A DNA stretch of 60,387 nucleotides from Sumerlaeia bacterium (GCA_040219255.1 JAVJSW010000043.1:1-60387), one strand, 5' to 3'. Shown: positions 1 to 9,589, counted from the stretch's first letter. The notes: generated by a model not told the origin, from the sequence alone. A program made the numbers and translations.

Positions 1-1
1 C

Positions 2-757
2 ACTTGGTGGGCCAATGGAGTACGCTACACCAGCGGAAATGACATCGTGCTTGCAAATCTTCCCGATGGGACGCCGTTCTTTTTCCAAGCCTCCTCCGAC
101 ATTTCCGACTGCATCGCCGCTTGGTCCTGGATCGGCGCGCCCCCAGTGGAGTTTTATGTCCCCTTCGATGGGACGGAGGTGGAGGTTGAGTTATTTCAGC
201 TCGATGTTACAGACGATGACAATGATAGAATACAGCTTTCTTTTAGTGTTTATGTGGCATCGAACCTAAGCAGCCCGACTGAGATCGTGTGGGCCAACGT
301 TGGATTACTTAATAGCCTGAGCAGCACGTTGAGAGTGGATTTCCTTGAAGGTAATAGACTCTTTGGGGAGGAATCCTATGTGGGACATTCAAGAGTGACT
401 CCTGGTATGCTTGCCAGATTCGGGGGTGAAAATTGCGAAGCACATCCGTCTGTTGAGTTTTGTTCAGAGATGCCGGCACCCGTAGGTCCAATTAGGGCGA
501 CTTTTTCCGTAGATGGGTACACCTCCGATTCTGTTGTATTGGACGTGAAAAATCTTAAAGGCTATGCATTTAGGTATCTCTTGGAGCCACTTCCAGAAGC
601 TTCGGTACCCACAACTCCGCCGCAGTTTGGCACTGGGACAATCTTCCCCGAAGAAAGGGACTATCCCACCTCTCCTTCCTGCACTCGCGTGGGAATTCTA
701 CAAGCAGACATCAACCGGCGTGTGAACGCCTGGGTCATGAATGGAAAGGAAAAGTAA
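2..757 (+). CDS. hypothetical protein, 5'-truncated by the window edge, low GC
   Basis: Frame is open from position 2 to TAA at 755-757; AT-richer than the rest of the window; no recognisable motif. Confidence 0.6.
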   Translation, partial: TWWANGVRYTSGNDIVLANLPDGTPFFFQASSDISDCIAAWSWIGAPPVEFYVPFDGTEVEVELFQLDVTDDDNDRIQLSFSVYVASNLSSPTEIVWANVGLLNSLSSTLRVDFLEGNRLFGEESYVGHSRVTPGMLARFGGENCEAHPSVEFCSEMPAPVGPIRATFSVDGYTSDSVVLDVKNLKGYAFRYLLEPLPEASVPTTPPQFGTGTIFPEERDYPTSPSCTRVGILQADINRRVNAWVMNGKEK

Positions 758-758
758 T

Positions 759-1322
759 ATGAAGTATATTGGCTTGTTGCCAAGTATTGTACTTATAGCC
801 AACATTGCGCTGGCAGAGTCATTCGACTCCAGCATTGCTGAAATCGAACGTGCGAGTGTGGGAAACACAGCTGCCTTAGAATTTTTTGATGCACAAGACG
901 ATCTTTTGCATTTTGAGGAGTTAGGTATACAACCGGCATACATTGGCTCTAATACGTCGTTTTATGCACCACTCAATACGATCCACGTACATCAGAATAA
1001 TCTTGGCAAGCAAGAATTGGATTCTGGCGTGGGAATTGAAGAGTATATTAATAATGACCAACTGACCCCGGATAATGTTAGGCAGTACAAACAACAAAAC
1101 TACCTGTGGCTGAAAGCGGCGTGGGCGATTGGGATGTCGTTTCTAGACAGCGGCGTCGGCAAGACTCGCAACGCCGACGAGTTCGACCCCGAAAAGCCCA
1201 TCTACACCATCGGCGCTCTCAACCGCGCCGTCCTCACCAGCGGGGGCTCGCCCCAGGACAACCTGAGGGCCACCGGCAGCTACAATCTGACGATGACGGC
1301 GTTCGCGGATTTGAACCGCTAA
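759..1322 (+). CDS. hypothetical secreted protein
   Basis: ATG at 759, one base after the upstream stop, with GGAAAGGA upstream; N-terminus MKYIGLLPSIVLIANIALA resembles a signal peptide. Confidence 0.65.
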   Translation: MKYIGLLPSIVLIANIALAESFDSSIAEIERASVGNTAALEFFDAQDDLLHFEELGIQPAYIGSNTSFYAPLNTIHVHQNNLGKQELDSGVGIEEYINNDQLTPDNVRQYKQQNYLWLKAAWAIGMSFLDSGVGKTRNADEFDPEKPIYTIGALNRAVLTSGGSPQDNLRATGSYNLTMTAFADLNR

Positions 1323-1367
1323 AAAAGCAAAAGCCACCCCGGCGCTTCCCTGCGCTCCGGGATGGCT
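1321..1367 (-). terminator. intrinsic terminator downstream of ahcY
   Basis: Imperfect hairpin AGCCACCCCGGCGC...GCGCTCCGGGATGGCT followed on the minus strand by TTTGCTTTTTT. Confidence 0.55.
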
Positions 1368-1398
1368 CCTCACTTCAGGAGGCGAATCCGCCCCCCCC

Positions 1399-2832
1399 TT
1401 AGTACCGGTAAGCCTCCGGCTTGAACGGCCCCTCGACCGGCACGCCGATGTAATCGGACTGCTTCGGCGAGAGCTTCGTCAGCTTGGCGCCGAGCTGGGC
1501 GAGGTGGAGTTCGGCCACCTTTTCGTCCAACCGCTTCGGCAGGACGTACACCTTGCCGCGCTCGTATTCGCCGGTGTTGCGCTTGGTCCACAGTTCGATC
1601 TGAGCCAGAGTCTGGTTGGCGAAGCTGTTCGACATCACGAAGCTCGGGTGGCCCGTGGCGCAGCCCAGGTTCACCAGCCGGCCCTTGGCCAGCAGGATCA
1701 TCTTCTTGCCGTTGGGCCACACAATGTGATCGACCTGCGGCTTGATCTCGTCCCACTCCAGGTCCTCCAGGCCGGAAACCTGGATTTCGCTGTCAAAGTG
1801 GCCGATGTTGCAGACGATCGCCTCGTGCTTCATGTCGTCCATGTGGGCGCGGGTGATGACGTCCACATTGCCGGTTGTGGTGACAAAGATGTCGCCGTAC
1901 TTGGCGGCGTCTTCCATGGTCACGACCTCGAAGCCCTCCATGCAGGCCTGGAGCGCGCAGATCGGGTCGATTTCCGTGACGTACACGCGGGCGCCGTGGC
2001 CGCGCAGGGTCTGGGCGCAGCCCTTGCCCACATCGCCATAGCCGCAGACGACGGTTTTCTTGCCGGCGATCATCACGTCGGTGGCGCGCTTCAGCGCATC
2101 GACCAGCGACTCGCGGCAGCCGTACAGGTTGTCGAACTTCGACTTCGTCACCGAGTCGTTCACGTTGATGGCGGGGAACGCGAGCGTGCCCTTCTTCATC
2201 ATTTCATAGAGGCGATGGACGCCGGTGGTGGTTTCTTCGCTGACGCCCTGGCACTTGGCGGCCATTTCGCGCCAGATGCGGGGGTTCTCGTCCAGCGTTT
2301 CGTTCAACAGCGCGTCCACGATGCGGACTTCCGGGTGGCTCTCGTCGATGGCGGGCTTCTGGCCCGTCTTCTCGTACTGCTCCTCGCGCTGGGCGCCGCG
2401 GTGGATCAACATGGTCGCGTCGCCGCCATCGTCCACGATGATGTCCGGGCCGCCCTCACCATGGATCAGAGCCATCTTCGTGCACCACCAGTACTCGGTC
2501 AGGGTCTCGCCCTTCCAGGCATAGACCGGCACGCCGGCCTTGGCGATGGCCGCGGCGGCATGGTCCTGGGTCGAGTAGATGTTGCACGACGCCCAGCGCA
2601 CGTCGGCGCCGAGATCGACGAGCGTTTCGATCAGCACGGCGGTCTGGATGGTCATGTGCAGCGAGCCGCTGACCTTGGCGCCAGCCAGAGGCTTGGACGC
2701 CGCGTACTCGCGCCGGATCGCCATCAAGCCCGGCATTTCGTGCTCGGCGATTTCAATTTCCTTCCGGCCGAAGCCGGCGAGGCTGATGTCGGCGACTTTG
2801 TAAGGAAGGGTTTCGATTTGGGTGGTGCTCAT
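1399..2832 (-). CDS. ahcY: adenosylhomocysteinase
   Basis: Motifs [58 protein letters not shown], terminal YRY; start MSTTQ with GAGGAG RBS. Confidence 0.97.
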   Translation of the reverse strand: MSTTQIETLPYKVADISLAGFGRKEIEIAEHEMPGLMAIRREYAASKPLAGAKVSGSLHMTIQTAVLIETLVDLGADVRWASCNIYSTQDHAAAAIAKAGVPVYAWKGETLTEYWWCTKMALIHGEGGPDIIVDDGGDATMLIHRGAQREEQYEKTGQKPAIDESHPEVRIVDALLNETLDENPRIWREMAAKCQGVSEETTTGVHRLYEMMKKGTLAFPAINVNDSVTKSKFDNLYGCRESLVDALKRATDVMIAGKKTVVCGYGDVGKGCAQTLRGHGARVYVTEIDPICALQACMEGFEVVTMEDAAKYGDIFVTTTGNVDVITRAHMDDMKHEAIVCNIGHFDSEIQVSGLEDLEWDEIKPQVDHIVWPNGKKMILLAKGRLVNLGCATGHPSFVMSNSFANQTLAQIELWTKRNTGEYERGKVYVLPKRLDEKVAELHLAQLGAKLTKLSPKQSDYIGVPVEGPFKPEAYRY

Positions 2833-3362
2833 GAGGGTATCTCCTCTGGATGTATGTTCAGATTTTTCAATGGTTGATTGTGCAACCAACTTGCATACTC
2901 AGGATTCTTCGGCCGCATGTCCTCATACAACCAGACCATGCGGTCGAGAAACCACATCTTGCCGAGATACGTCACTGCGACCCCGAGGACCGTTGGCCAG
3001 AAGTCCAGCCAGATCAGGCCATAAACCATCGCGATTGTCCCCAGCGTCGCGATCGTCAGGAGCCAGTTGATCGCGACCTGATGATGGCGCGGGACGGGGA
3101 TGGACTTGCGATTCAGCCACACGCGCTCGCCAAAGGTCGCTTTCGACCCCCAGTTGTCCGTGCTCTTGGGCGGAGGGAAGAGGCGCGGATTGATCCACAG
3201 CCAAAAAGCGACACCACCAACCGGCACGAGGGCATACCAGCCGAGCCAAACGCGGCTCCAGACGGCGAGCGCGAGGAACGGCAAGGTCGCGGCCCGCGTC
3301 CAGACGCTCCAGGGCGACGCATGGCGTTTCCAGGTGGCGTCGGCCATCACTTGATTTCTCAT
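2829..3362 (-). CDS. DUF6653-like membrane protein
   Basis: [13 protein letters not shown]...[10 protein letters not shown]...[11 protein letters not shown]...[12 protein letters not shown] pattern; ATGA overlaps with both neighbours. Confidence 0.75.
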   Translation of the reverse strand: MRNQVMADATWKRHASPWSVWTRAATLPFLALAVWSRVWLGWYALVPVGGVAFWLWINPRLFPPPKSTDNWGSKATFGERVWLNRKSIPVPRHHQVAINWLLTIATLGTIAMVYGLIWLDFWPTVLGVAVTYLGKMWFLDRMVWLYEDMRPKNPEYASWLHNQPLKNLNIHPEEIPS

Positions 3363-4366
3363 CGCGCGACCCCCTTGCCCGCCACCACGGCGAACCCATC
3401 CGGCACCTGGACCCGGCGCCCGTCGGGCGTTTCGGCGGGGCGGCCGGGGAGGACGGCCCAGGCTTCGAGGGCGAGGCCGGCGGCTTTCAGCCACCCCTCC
3501 ACCTCGGTCCGGGTAAAGCCCAGCCAACGGTGGGCCATCACTTCGCGGAGCCAGGTTTCGTTGTGCCGTGCGAAATCGGCGATGAACAGCCGCCCCCCGG
3601 GGCGCAGCGCCCGCGCCGCCGACGCGATCACGCGCGCCGGATCCTCGACGTAATGCATGACCATCGAGATCGTGAGGAAATCGACCTCGCCCGCGGCGAG
3701 CGGCGGATCGTGGGCGTCGCCGAGGCGGAACTCGACGTTTTCCAGGCCCATGGCGTCCACCTTCTCGCGCGCGACGGAGAGCATGGCGTCGCTGTTGTCG
3801 ATGGCGATGAAACGCTCCGGGCGGTCGCCGAACAGTTCCAGCACATAGCCGGTGCCGCTGCCGATGTCGGCCAGGACAAGACCCTGGGGAACGAACGCGC
3901 GCAGGATTTCCCGCGCGATGGTATCGCCGAACATGGCGTTGCGCAGGCCATCCCACTGACCGGCCATGCCCTCGAAAAATCCGCCGTCGCGGCCGCAGCG
4001 CTCGGCCAGAACGCGCTCCAACCGGGCGCGGTCGGCGGCGTACTCATCATCCGCGCCGCCGTGGCCGTTGGCCCAGGACGCGCTCGCCGCGTCCCACAAC
4101 GCCCCCGCCGGCAACGGCATCAGGTCGCGATCCAAGCGATAGTGGCGCCAGGGACCCTGGCGGCGCTCCTGAACCAGGCCCTCCTCGCGCAGCACTTTCA
4201 GATGATTGGAGATGCGGGGCTGCGAAAGCTGCGCCACCTCGGCCAATTCCATCACCGACAACTCCGCCTCGGCCAGCAGCCGCAAAATGCGCAGGCGCGT
4301 CGGATCGCCCAGCGTTTTCAGCAGGCGGGACAGATCGGCAAGCGGTGCGGAGGAAGCGGCGGCCAT
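3359..4366 (-). CDS. sahR: ArsR-family HTH fused to a SAM-dependent methyltransferase domain (SahR-type regulator)
   Basis: LKTLGDPTRLRIL...SQPRISNHLKVLRE HTH plus ADIGSGTG methyltransferase motif; first gene of an ahcY operon. Confidence 0.85.
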   Translation of the reverse strand: MAAASSAPLADLSRLLKTLGDPTRLRILRLLAEAELSVMELAEVAQLSQPRISNHLKVLREEGLVQERRQGPWRHYRLDRDLMPLPAGALWDAASASWANGHGGADDEYAADRARLERVLAERCGRDGGFFEGMAGQWDGLRNAMFGDTIAREILRAFVPQGLVLADIGSGTGYVLELFGDRPERFIAIDNSDAMLSVAREKVDAMGLENVEFRLGDAHDPPLAAGEVDFLTISMVMHYVEDPARVIASAARALRPGGRLFIADFARHNETWLREVMAHRWLGFTRTEVEGWLKAAGLALEAWAVLPGRPAETPDGRRVQVPDGFAVVAGKGVAR

Positions 4367-4427
4367 GGGCCCTCGGGGCGGTGGAGTGAGCGGAGGGACG
4401 GTGCCCTCTCGCAGGAGACAATTCCGA

Positions 4428-4455
4428 ATATCATGATATGCTGATGCGATGACAA
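4428..4455 (-). promoter_or_regulatory. putative SahR operator overlapping a sigma-70 promoter
   Basis: ATATCA-N8-TGATGC (4428-4447) resembles the ATATCA-N8-TGATAT SahR palindrome; minus strand reads TTGTCA-17 nt-GATATT. Confidence 0.6.
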
Positions 4456-4492
4456 GGGGAATTTGAATCCGGAGGCGGAGGGGGAGGGGCAA

Positions 4493-4717
4493 TTCACCGC
4501 GAAGACGCGAAGGCAGGAAGACTTGGTGCTTGAGAGAAGGCTGAACTTGCGGGCATCAGAATCTGGTTGGAAGGCTGATAAGTAGGGAACCGAGAATTGG
4601 TTGCGGCAGCATGTGAGACGGCGGTGAACTGATCCGTGCAATTCTGCGACATCTGTGGCCAATTTCCCTCTCTTCCTCGCCGACCGCATCTTCGTGCCTC
4701 CGGGGCTCCGTGGTGAA
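4493..4717. repeat. inverted-repeat-bounded REP/MITE-like element 1
   Basis: 4493-4521 TTCACCGCGAAGACGCGAAGGCAGGAAGA versus the reverse complement of 4689-4717, 23/29 identical. Confidence 0.7.
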
Positions 4718-4953
4718 GACCCCAGAACCTGTGGAAAACTCCTTGAGGATTCGGTTTGACCGGACGCGATTGGGCTGCGAGGCTACCTGGACGTGGTGAG
4801 GAACGGAAAAATTCCCGCGGTCAGAGATTCTGCCTTGACGGGACCCCCCTCCTTAACCTTTATACCACGCTTCCCGTCGCCCCCGTGGCGCGTCGCTGTA
4901 TTGCGCGCGCTTGGCACAGGGAGCGACTTTGAATGAATAAAGCGGAGTGATTC

Positions 4954-5331
4954 ATGCCTACGCTCAACCAGCTCGTGCGCAAAGGCCGCGTAGCTCAGAA
5001 GAAGAAAAACAAAGTTCCCGCCCTGCAAGGCTGCCCGCAGCGCCGCGGCGTCTGCACGCGTGTTTCCACGGCGACGCCGAAGAAGCCGAACTCGGCCCTT
5101 CGCAAAATCGCCCGTGTGCGTCTCACGAATGGCTATGAGGTCACCGCCTACATTCCGGGCGAAGGGCACAACCTTCAGGAGCACAGCATCGTGCTGATCC
5201 GTGGTGGCCGTGTGAAGGATCTGCCTGGCGTGCGCTATCACATCGTGCGCGGCGCCAAGCGCGGCGATACCCAGGGTGTCGCCAATCGCAAGCAGAGCCG
5301 TTCCAAGTACGGCGCCAAGAAGCCCAAGTAA
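4954..5331 (+). CDS. rpsL: 30S ribosomal protein S12
   Basis: [44 protein letters not shown]. Confidence 0.98.
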   Translation: MPTLNQLVRKGRVAQKKKNKVPALQGCPQRRGVCTRVSTATPKKPNSALRKIARVRLTNGYEVTAYIPGEGHNLQEHSIVLIRGGRVKDLPGVRYHIVRGAKRGDTQGVANRKQSRSKYGAKKPK

Positions 5332-5384
5332 TCACCTTTCGAACCCCCTGACTCGAACAATCTTCCCATAGAGGTTACCGAGAC

Positions 5385-5906
5385 GTGCCAAGACGCAGAA
5401 AAAAAGACCAACGGTCGCGCAGCCAGCGCAAGATGGCGCGCCGCCGCGTACCCCCAGGCCGGGGAGTATTTCCCGACGTTCGCTTTAACAGCCTGCTGGT
5501 TTCCAAGTTCATCAATTGCCTGATGTGGGACGGCAAAAAGTCCGTCGCCGAAGGCGTGTTCTACAATGCGATGGATGCCATCGGCGAACGCATTACGGAC
5601 AAGGAAGCCATCGAAGTCTTCCAGGAAGCCATCGAGAACGTCAAGCCGGCGGTCGAGGTCAAGAGCCGCCGCGTCGGTGGCGCGAACTATCAGGTTCCCA
5701 TCGAAGTCAAGCCCGAGCGCCGTCAGGCGCTCGCCATCCGCTGGATCATCGAAGCGGCCCGCGGCCGCAACGAAAAGACCATGATGCAGCGCCTCACCAA
5801 TGAAATTATCGATGCCTCCAACAAGTCCGGCAGCGCCATCACCAAGATGACCAACGTCCGCAAGATGGCCGAAGCCAACAAGGCTTTCGCCCACTACCGC
5901 TTCTAA
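5385..5906 (+). CDS. rpsG: 30S ribosomal protein S7 (alternative start at 5433)
   Basis: GKKS, EVKSRRVGGANYQVP, MAEANKAFAHYRF; GAGGT RBS before GTG 5385. Confidence 0.96.
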   Translation: MPRRRKKDQRSRSQRKMARRRVPPGRGVFPDVRFNSLLVSKFINCLMWDGKKSVAEGVFYNAMDAIGERITDKEAIEVFQEAIENVKPAVEVKSRRVGGANYQVPIEVKPERRQALAIRWIIEAARGRNEKTMMQRLTNEIIDASNKSGSAITKMTNVRKMAEANKAFAHYRF

Positions 5907-5956
5907 ATCGGAAGCCGGTCCGTCTCCTCAACGAGGCGGTCCCCCAGACATCGAAT

Positions 5957-5995
5957 CGCCCGCCTGGATCGCTGGTCCAGGCGGGCGTTTTTCTT
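5957..5995 (+). terminator. intrinsic terminator after rpsG
   Basis: 12-bp stem CGCCCGCCTGGA/TCCAGGCGGGCG followed by TTTTTCTT. Confidence 0.85.
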
Positions 5996-6019
5996 GTCCA
6001 GCCAGACCTTGGCTTTGGC

Positions 6020-9000
6020 TCAGAAATCCAGATCGATGTCGTCGAAGCTCTCGAGTTGCGCCTCGGCGCCTTCCACGACGCTTTCCAGGTCCAGTTCGGA
6101 ATCGAGGCGGCCGGTGGACGAAGGTTCGCGCGGGGGCCGGGCTCTGCGCCCGTGATCGCTCGACCGCGATCCGGCCGAGGACGGTTCGTCGAAATCGTCG
6201 CCCAGCGGCCCCAGCCCCAACTCCGAATCCTCCTCCTCGCCGTCGTCGAAATCGAAATCGCTGATGCCGCTGGTGTCCGAGCCATCGGTGGCGGTTTCGC
6301 TGTCCACGCCCCGCCCCGGTCCTGATGCCGAGGCGCCCACGCGGTTGGGATGCTCGCCGGGAAAGGGATTGAGCGTAATTGGCTTGTCGGGCGCTTTGTA
6401 GGGTTCGGGCGATTGAAATTCCAGGTAGCCCTCGTCCTTCGCGCTCGACGTCTGTTGACGGCGGGGCTGGGGAGTGGCCGGGCTGGCGAAGAGGGGAGGC
6501 GCGTCCGCCGCCGGCGGCGGCACGAAGGGCGAACGGCGCTTGGCTGTGGGGGCGGATTCGGCGTCATACTCGCTGACCGATGTGACGCCGCTCTCGCTGT
6601 CGAGATTGTCGAACTCGCTCAGCCCGACGATTTGGCGGAGCTGCGTCCGTGAGGCCTTGGGCGGCGTCTTCGGTGGCGGGTCGAGCATCTCGGAAGGTTG
6701 CCCGAAATCGGACGGGGGCGCCGCGTCGGAGAACGTGTGATCGGGCGAGTGGACGGGCACTTCGATGGCGTAATCCCGATTGGGATTGAGCCGCTCCGGA
6801 TTGCCACCGTTCGCCACGAAAACCTCCGCCACCGCGGCGCGCAGTTCCAGCGACGACTGAAAGCGGTCGTTCGGCGATTTCTCGAGGCACTTCATCACGA
6901 CGCCATCCACGACGGCGGGCACTTGGGGGCAGATTTCCCGCGGCGGCGTCGGCAAAACGTTGACCTGCTGATAAGCGATGTCGCCGCTGATGAAAGGCGG
7001 CGAACCGATCAGCATCTCGTAGATGATGATTCCCACGGCGTAGATGTCGCTGCGGGCGTCGATGCGGCCGCCGTGAACTTGCTCCGGGCTCATGTAGCGC
7101 GGCGTGCCGATCAACGCGCCGGTCGGTGTGAAGGTCGCTTCCTCGATGTGGACGATGCCAAAGTCCGTCACCTTCACCACGTTGCCGCCGGCGATCATGA
7201 TGTTGTCGGGTTTGATGTCGCGGTGGATGATGCCCTTGCGGTGCGTCGCGTCCAGCGCCGAGCACAGCTGCACCGCCCAGTCCAGAACGCTCAGCACGTA
7301 CTCCATCGTCAGCTCCATCGTCTCCTGAAAACGGTCCTCGACGATGTCGCGCAAACTCGGCCCATCCACGAATTCCATGGCGATGTAGGACTGACCGTAA
7401 ACGTTCGAGATGTTGTAGTCCAGGATGTTGACGATGTTGACGTGGTGGAGCGTGGCGGCGATGCGGGCTTCGCGGAAGAAGCGGTCGATGGCCTTGTCGC
7501 TACTCGACAGGCTTTCGCGCAGAATTTTCATCGCCACCACATCGCCGCTCTTCAGGTCCAGGACCTTGTGGACGACGCCCATGCCGCCGCTGCCGATCTT
7601 GCCCACGTACTTGTATCGCCCAATGGAGTGATCGCCGATCAGCTCACGCATCTTGGGATCGATGGCGAATTCGGCGTTGGCGGCCGAAACGCCTTCTTCG
7701 TACAGCTTGATCTTGGCGGCGATGTCGCGGAATTCATTGTCGAAGTCGCGGATCAGGGCCGCCGAATCGAGCGCGTTCTTCCACTGCTCCTTGTTCTGAA
7801 AGCTCACCATCAGATCGTAAAGCTGCTCCAGATCCTCCGCCGTCAACACCGGCAGGGCCTGATACTTCTGCAGCGCCGCTTTCAGATCGCCGGCTTTGAA
7901 GAGCGCCTGGGCCATGCTGCGGTTCGCCTTCATCCCGAATTCCGGCTGACTGGCGACTTTGCGGTACTCCTTCATGGCGGCTTCCACGTTGCCCCGTTCG
8001 AGTTGCAACTCGCCTAGTTTCAGCCGCACAGCGTGCTCATTGGGCTCTTTCAGAAGAATCTGCTCGCACGCCTGCATCAGCCGCTGGCGGATGTCTTCCA
8101 GGCCCGGGTCGAGGAACAGCGCCATCTCCGCGAAATGCAGCGCCCGCCTCCAATCGCGCTTCTCCGCGAAGAAATTCGCCAGAAACGCCAACTGCCGCTC
8201 CGACAAATTGGGCACCCGGTCGATCAGGTGATTCAGCGGTTCGATGATCGACAGATAGTCGTCGTAGCCCAGTTCGAGCACCCGCAGGTAAGCCTCGAAC
8301 GCCGACTGCCAGCGCTTGTTCTTCCAATGCAGCTCGGCCATGGAAAGCTCGGTCTGCACCTCCAGTTCATAGGCGACCCGCCGCTGGGCTTCCTCCTCGT
8401 TCTGAACCGTTTCTTCCAGCGGGTCGGCCAACTGCTGGTTCGGCGAGAGTTCCTGCTCGTTGATGAATTGAAGCAGATAGACGGCCGTATCGAGTTCGCC
8501 ACGCTTCTCAAGCAGCACCGTGATTTCGTTCAGGAGGGCTTTGGCCTCCTGGTCCATGGCGATTTTCGAGAGGTAGTCGAAGGCCTGGCGATAGTCTTCC
8601 ATGTCGATCAGAAGCCGGGCGAGACGCTTGACCAAGGCCGGCTCGGAAGCCACCACGTCCGGCCCCACCTGGCGCGCCCAGGTGAGCGCTTCCTGATAGG
8701 CGCCGCGAAGAATCGCGACGGTGCAGATTTCCCGGATCAGAATGGGAAAGCGGTCCGAGTCGTGGGCCTTGCGCTCGACCTGGCGCGTCAGGAAGTCGTA
8801 GTACGACTCCAGCATCCCCGGCTCCGGCTCGCCCTGCTCCACAAGCCGCCGATACAACAGCCAGGCGTCGTCGGTATGGCCCAGCCGCTGATAAATGTCG
8901 GCGAAGAACACGCAAACGTTTGGCGGCAAATCGAAGAGCCGGGCCACCGCTTCGAACTGCTGCACGAGCGGCTTGAGATCGCAGATGCCCAGCGCGAGCG

Positions 9001-9418
9001 CCGAGCGGTAGTGCTGCAAAGCGGCCCGGTATTCCCCGCGGATGAGTTGCAAATCCCCCAGCGCCCGCAGAATATCCGGCGATTCGGGAAACTCCTGGGA
9101 CAGGCGGTCGAGTTGATCGATGCAGCGGCCCAGAAGGCTGGGGTCCAGGTCGCTGATGTTGGGACAATCCGACATCAGTTCGCGCCCCTGATTGATCATC
9201 AGGCCGACGGCGACGGCTCGCTGGAGCCTGGGATCGCTCGGAAAGTATTCGCTCGCCTTCTCGTAAAGCGTCAGCGCGCGGGGATGGAAGTGGCCCCCTT
9301 GCAGATATGCGTAGGCCAACTGAAGCACGAGCTTCTCGTTATCTGGCCGGCTCCGGACAGACGCCTCCAAACTCTCGATCGTTCGGCGCAGGATTTCCTT
9401 TTGGGGAATCGCGGCCAT
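6020..9418 (-). CDS. TPR-repeat Hanks-type Ser/Thr protein kinase with acidic disordered tail
   Basis: IGSGGMGVV, VAMK, HRDIKPDN, DFG, GTPRYMSPE, DIYAVG; helical TPR-like N-terminal ~590 aa; start MAAIPQ with GAGGAG RBS. Confidence 0.9.
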   Translation of the reverse strand: MAAIPQKEILRRTIESLEASVRSRPDNEKLVLQLAYAYLQGGHFHPRALTLYEKASEYFPSDPRLQRAVAVGLMINQGRELMSDCPNISDLDPSLLGRCIDQLDRLSQEFPESPDILRALGDLQLIRGEYRAALQHYRSALALGICDLKPLVQQFEAVARLFDLPPNVCVFFADIYQRLGHTDDAWLLYRRLVEQGEPEPGMLESYYDFLTRQVERKAHDSDRFPILIREICTVAILRGAYQEALTWARQVGPDVVASEPALVKRLARLLIDMEDYRQAFDYLSKIAMDQEAKALLNEITVLLEKRGELDTAVYLLQFINEQELSPNQQLADPLEETVQNEEEAQRRVAYELEVQTELSMAELHWKNKRWQSAFEAYLRVLELGYDDYLSIIEPLNHLIDRVPNLSERQLAFLANFFAEKRDWRRALHFAEMALFLDPGLEDIRQRLMQACEQILLKEPNEHAVRLKLGELQLERGNVEAAMKEYRKVASQPEFGMKANRSMAQALFKAGDLKAALQKYQALPVLTAEDLEQLYDLMVSFQNKEQWKNALDSAALIRDFDNEFRDIAAKIKLYEEGVSAANAEFAIDPKMRELIGDHSIGRYKYVGKIGSGGMGVVHKVLDLKSGDVVAMKILRESLSSSDKAIDRFFREARIAATLHHVNIVNILDYNISNVYGQSYIAMEFVDGPSLRDIVEDRFQETMELTMEYVLSVLDWAVQLCSALDATHRKGIIHRDIKPDNIMIAGGNVVKVTDFGIVHIEEATFTPTGALIGTPRYMSPEQVHGGRIDARSDIYAVGIIIYEMLIGSPPFISGDIAYQQVNVLPTPPREICPQVPAVVDGVVMKCLEKSPNDRFQSSLELRAAVAEVFVANGGNPERLNPNRDYAIEVPVHSPDHTFSDAAPPSDFGQPSEMLDPPPKTPPKASRTQLRQIVGLSEFDNLDSESGVTSVSEYDAESAPTAKRRSPFVPPPAADAPPLFASPATPQPRRQQTSSAKDEGYLEFQSPEPYKAPDKPITLNPFPGEHPNRVGASASGPGRGVDSETATDGSDTSGISDFDFDDGEEEDSELGLGPLGDDFDEPSSAGSRSSDHGRRARPPREPSSTGRLDSELDLESVVEGAEAQLESFDDIDLDF

Positions 9419-9589
9419 AGCTCCTCTTCGGGGGACCTTTCTCGGGGTCCGGGCGTCTCTCGCCCCATTCACCCGAAGCCCCGCCGTCGTTGCAAGTGAG
9501 AAGGGAGGCGGGGACAATGACTCTTGACGAAAGAGCCGCTCCAATGCCCCGATTCCCGTCCTTATTCCCCGCTGACTCAAGGGTTCCCC

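Noticed and set aside
2833-2900. SAH/SAM riboswitch upstream of ahcY
   Set aside because: The region is coding (tail of the DUF6653-like gene) and lacks riboswitch consensus; SahR explains the regulation
4729-4737. DnaA-box-like TGTGGAAAA upstream of rpsL
   Set aside because: Single box with no cluster or unwinding element; not evidence for oriC
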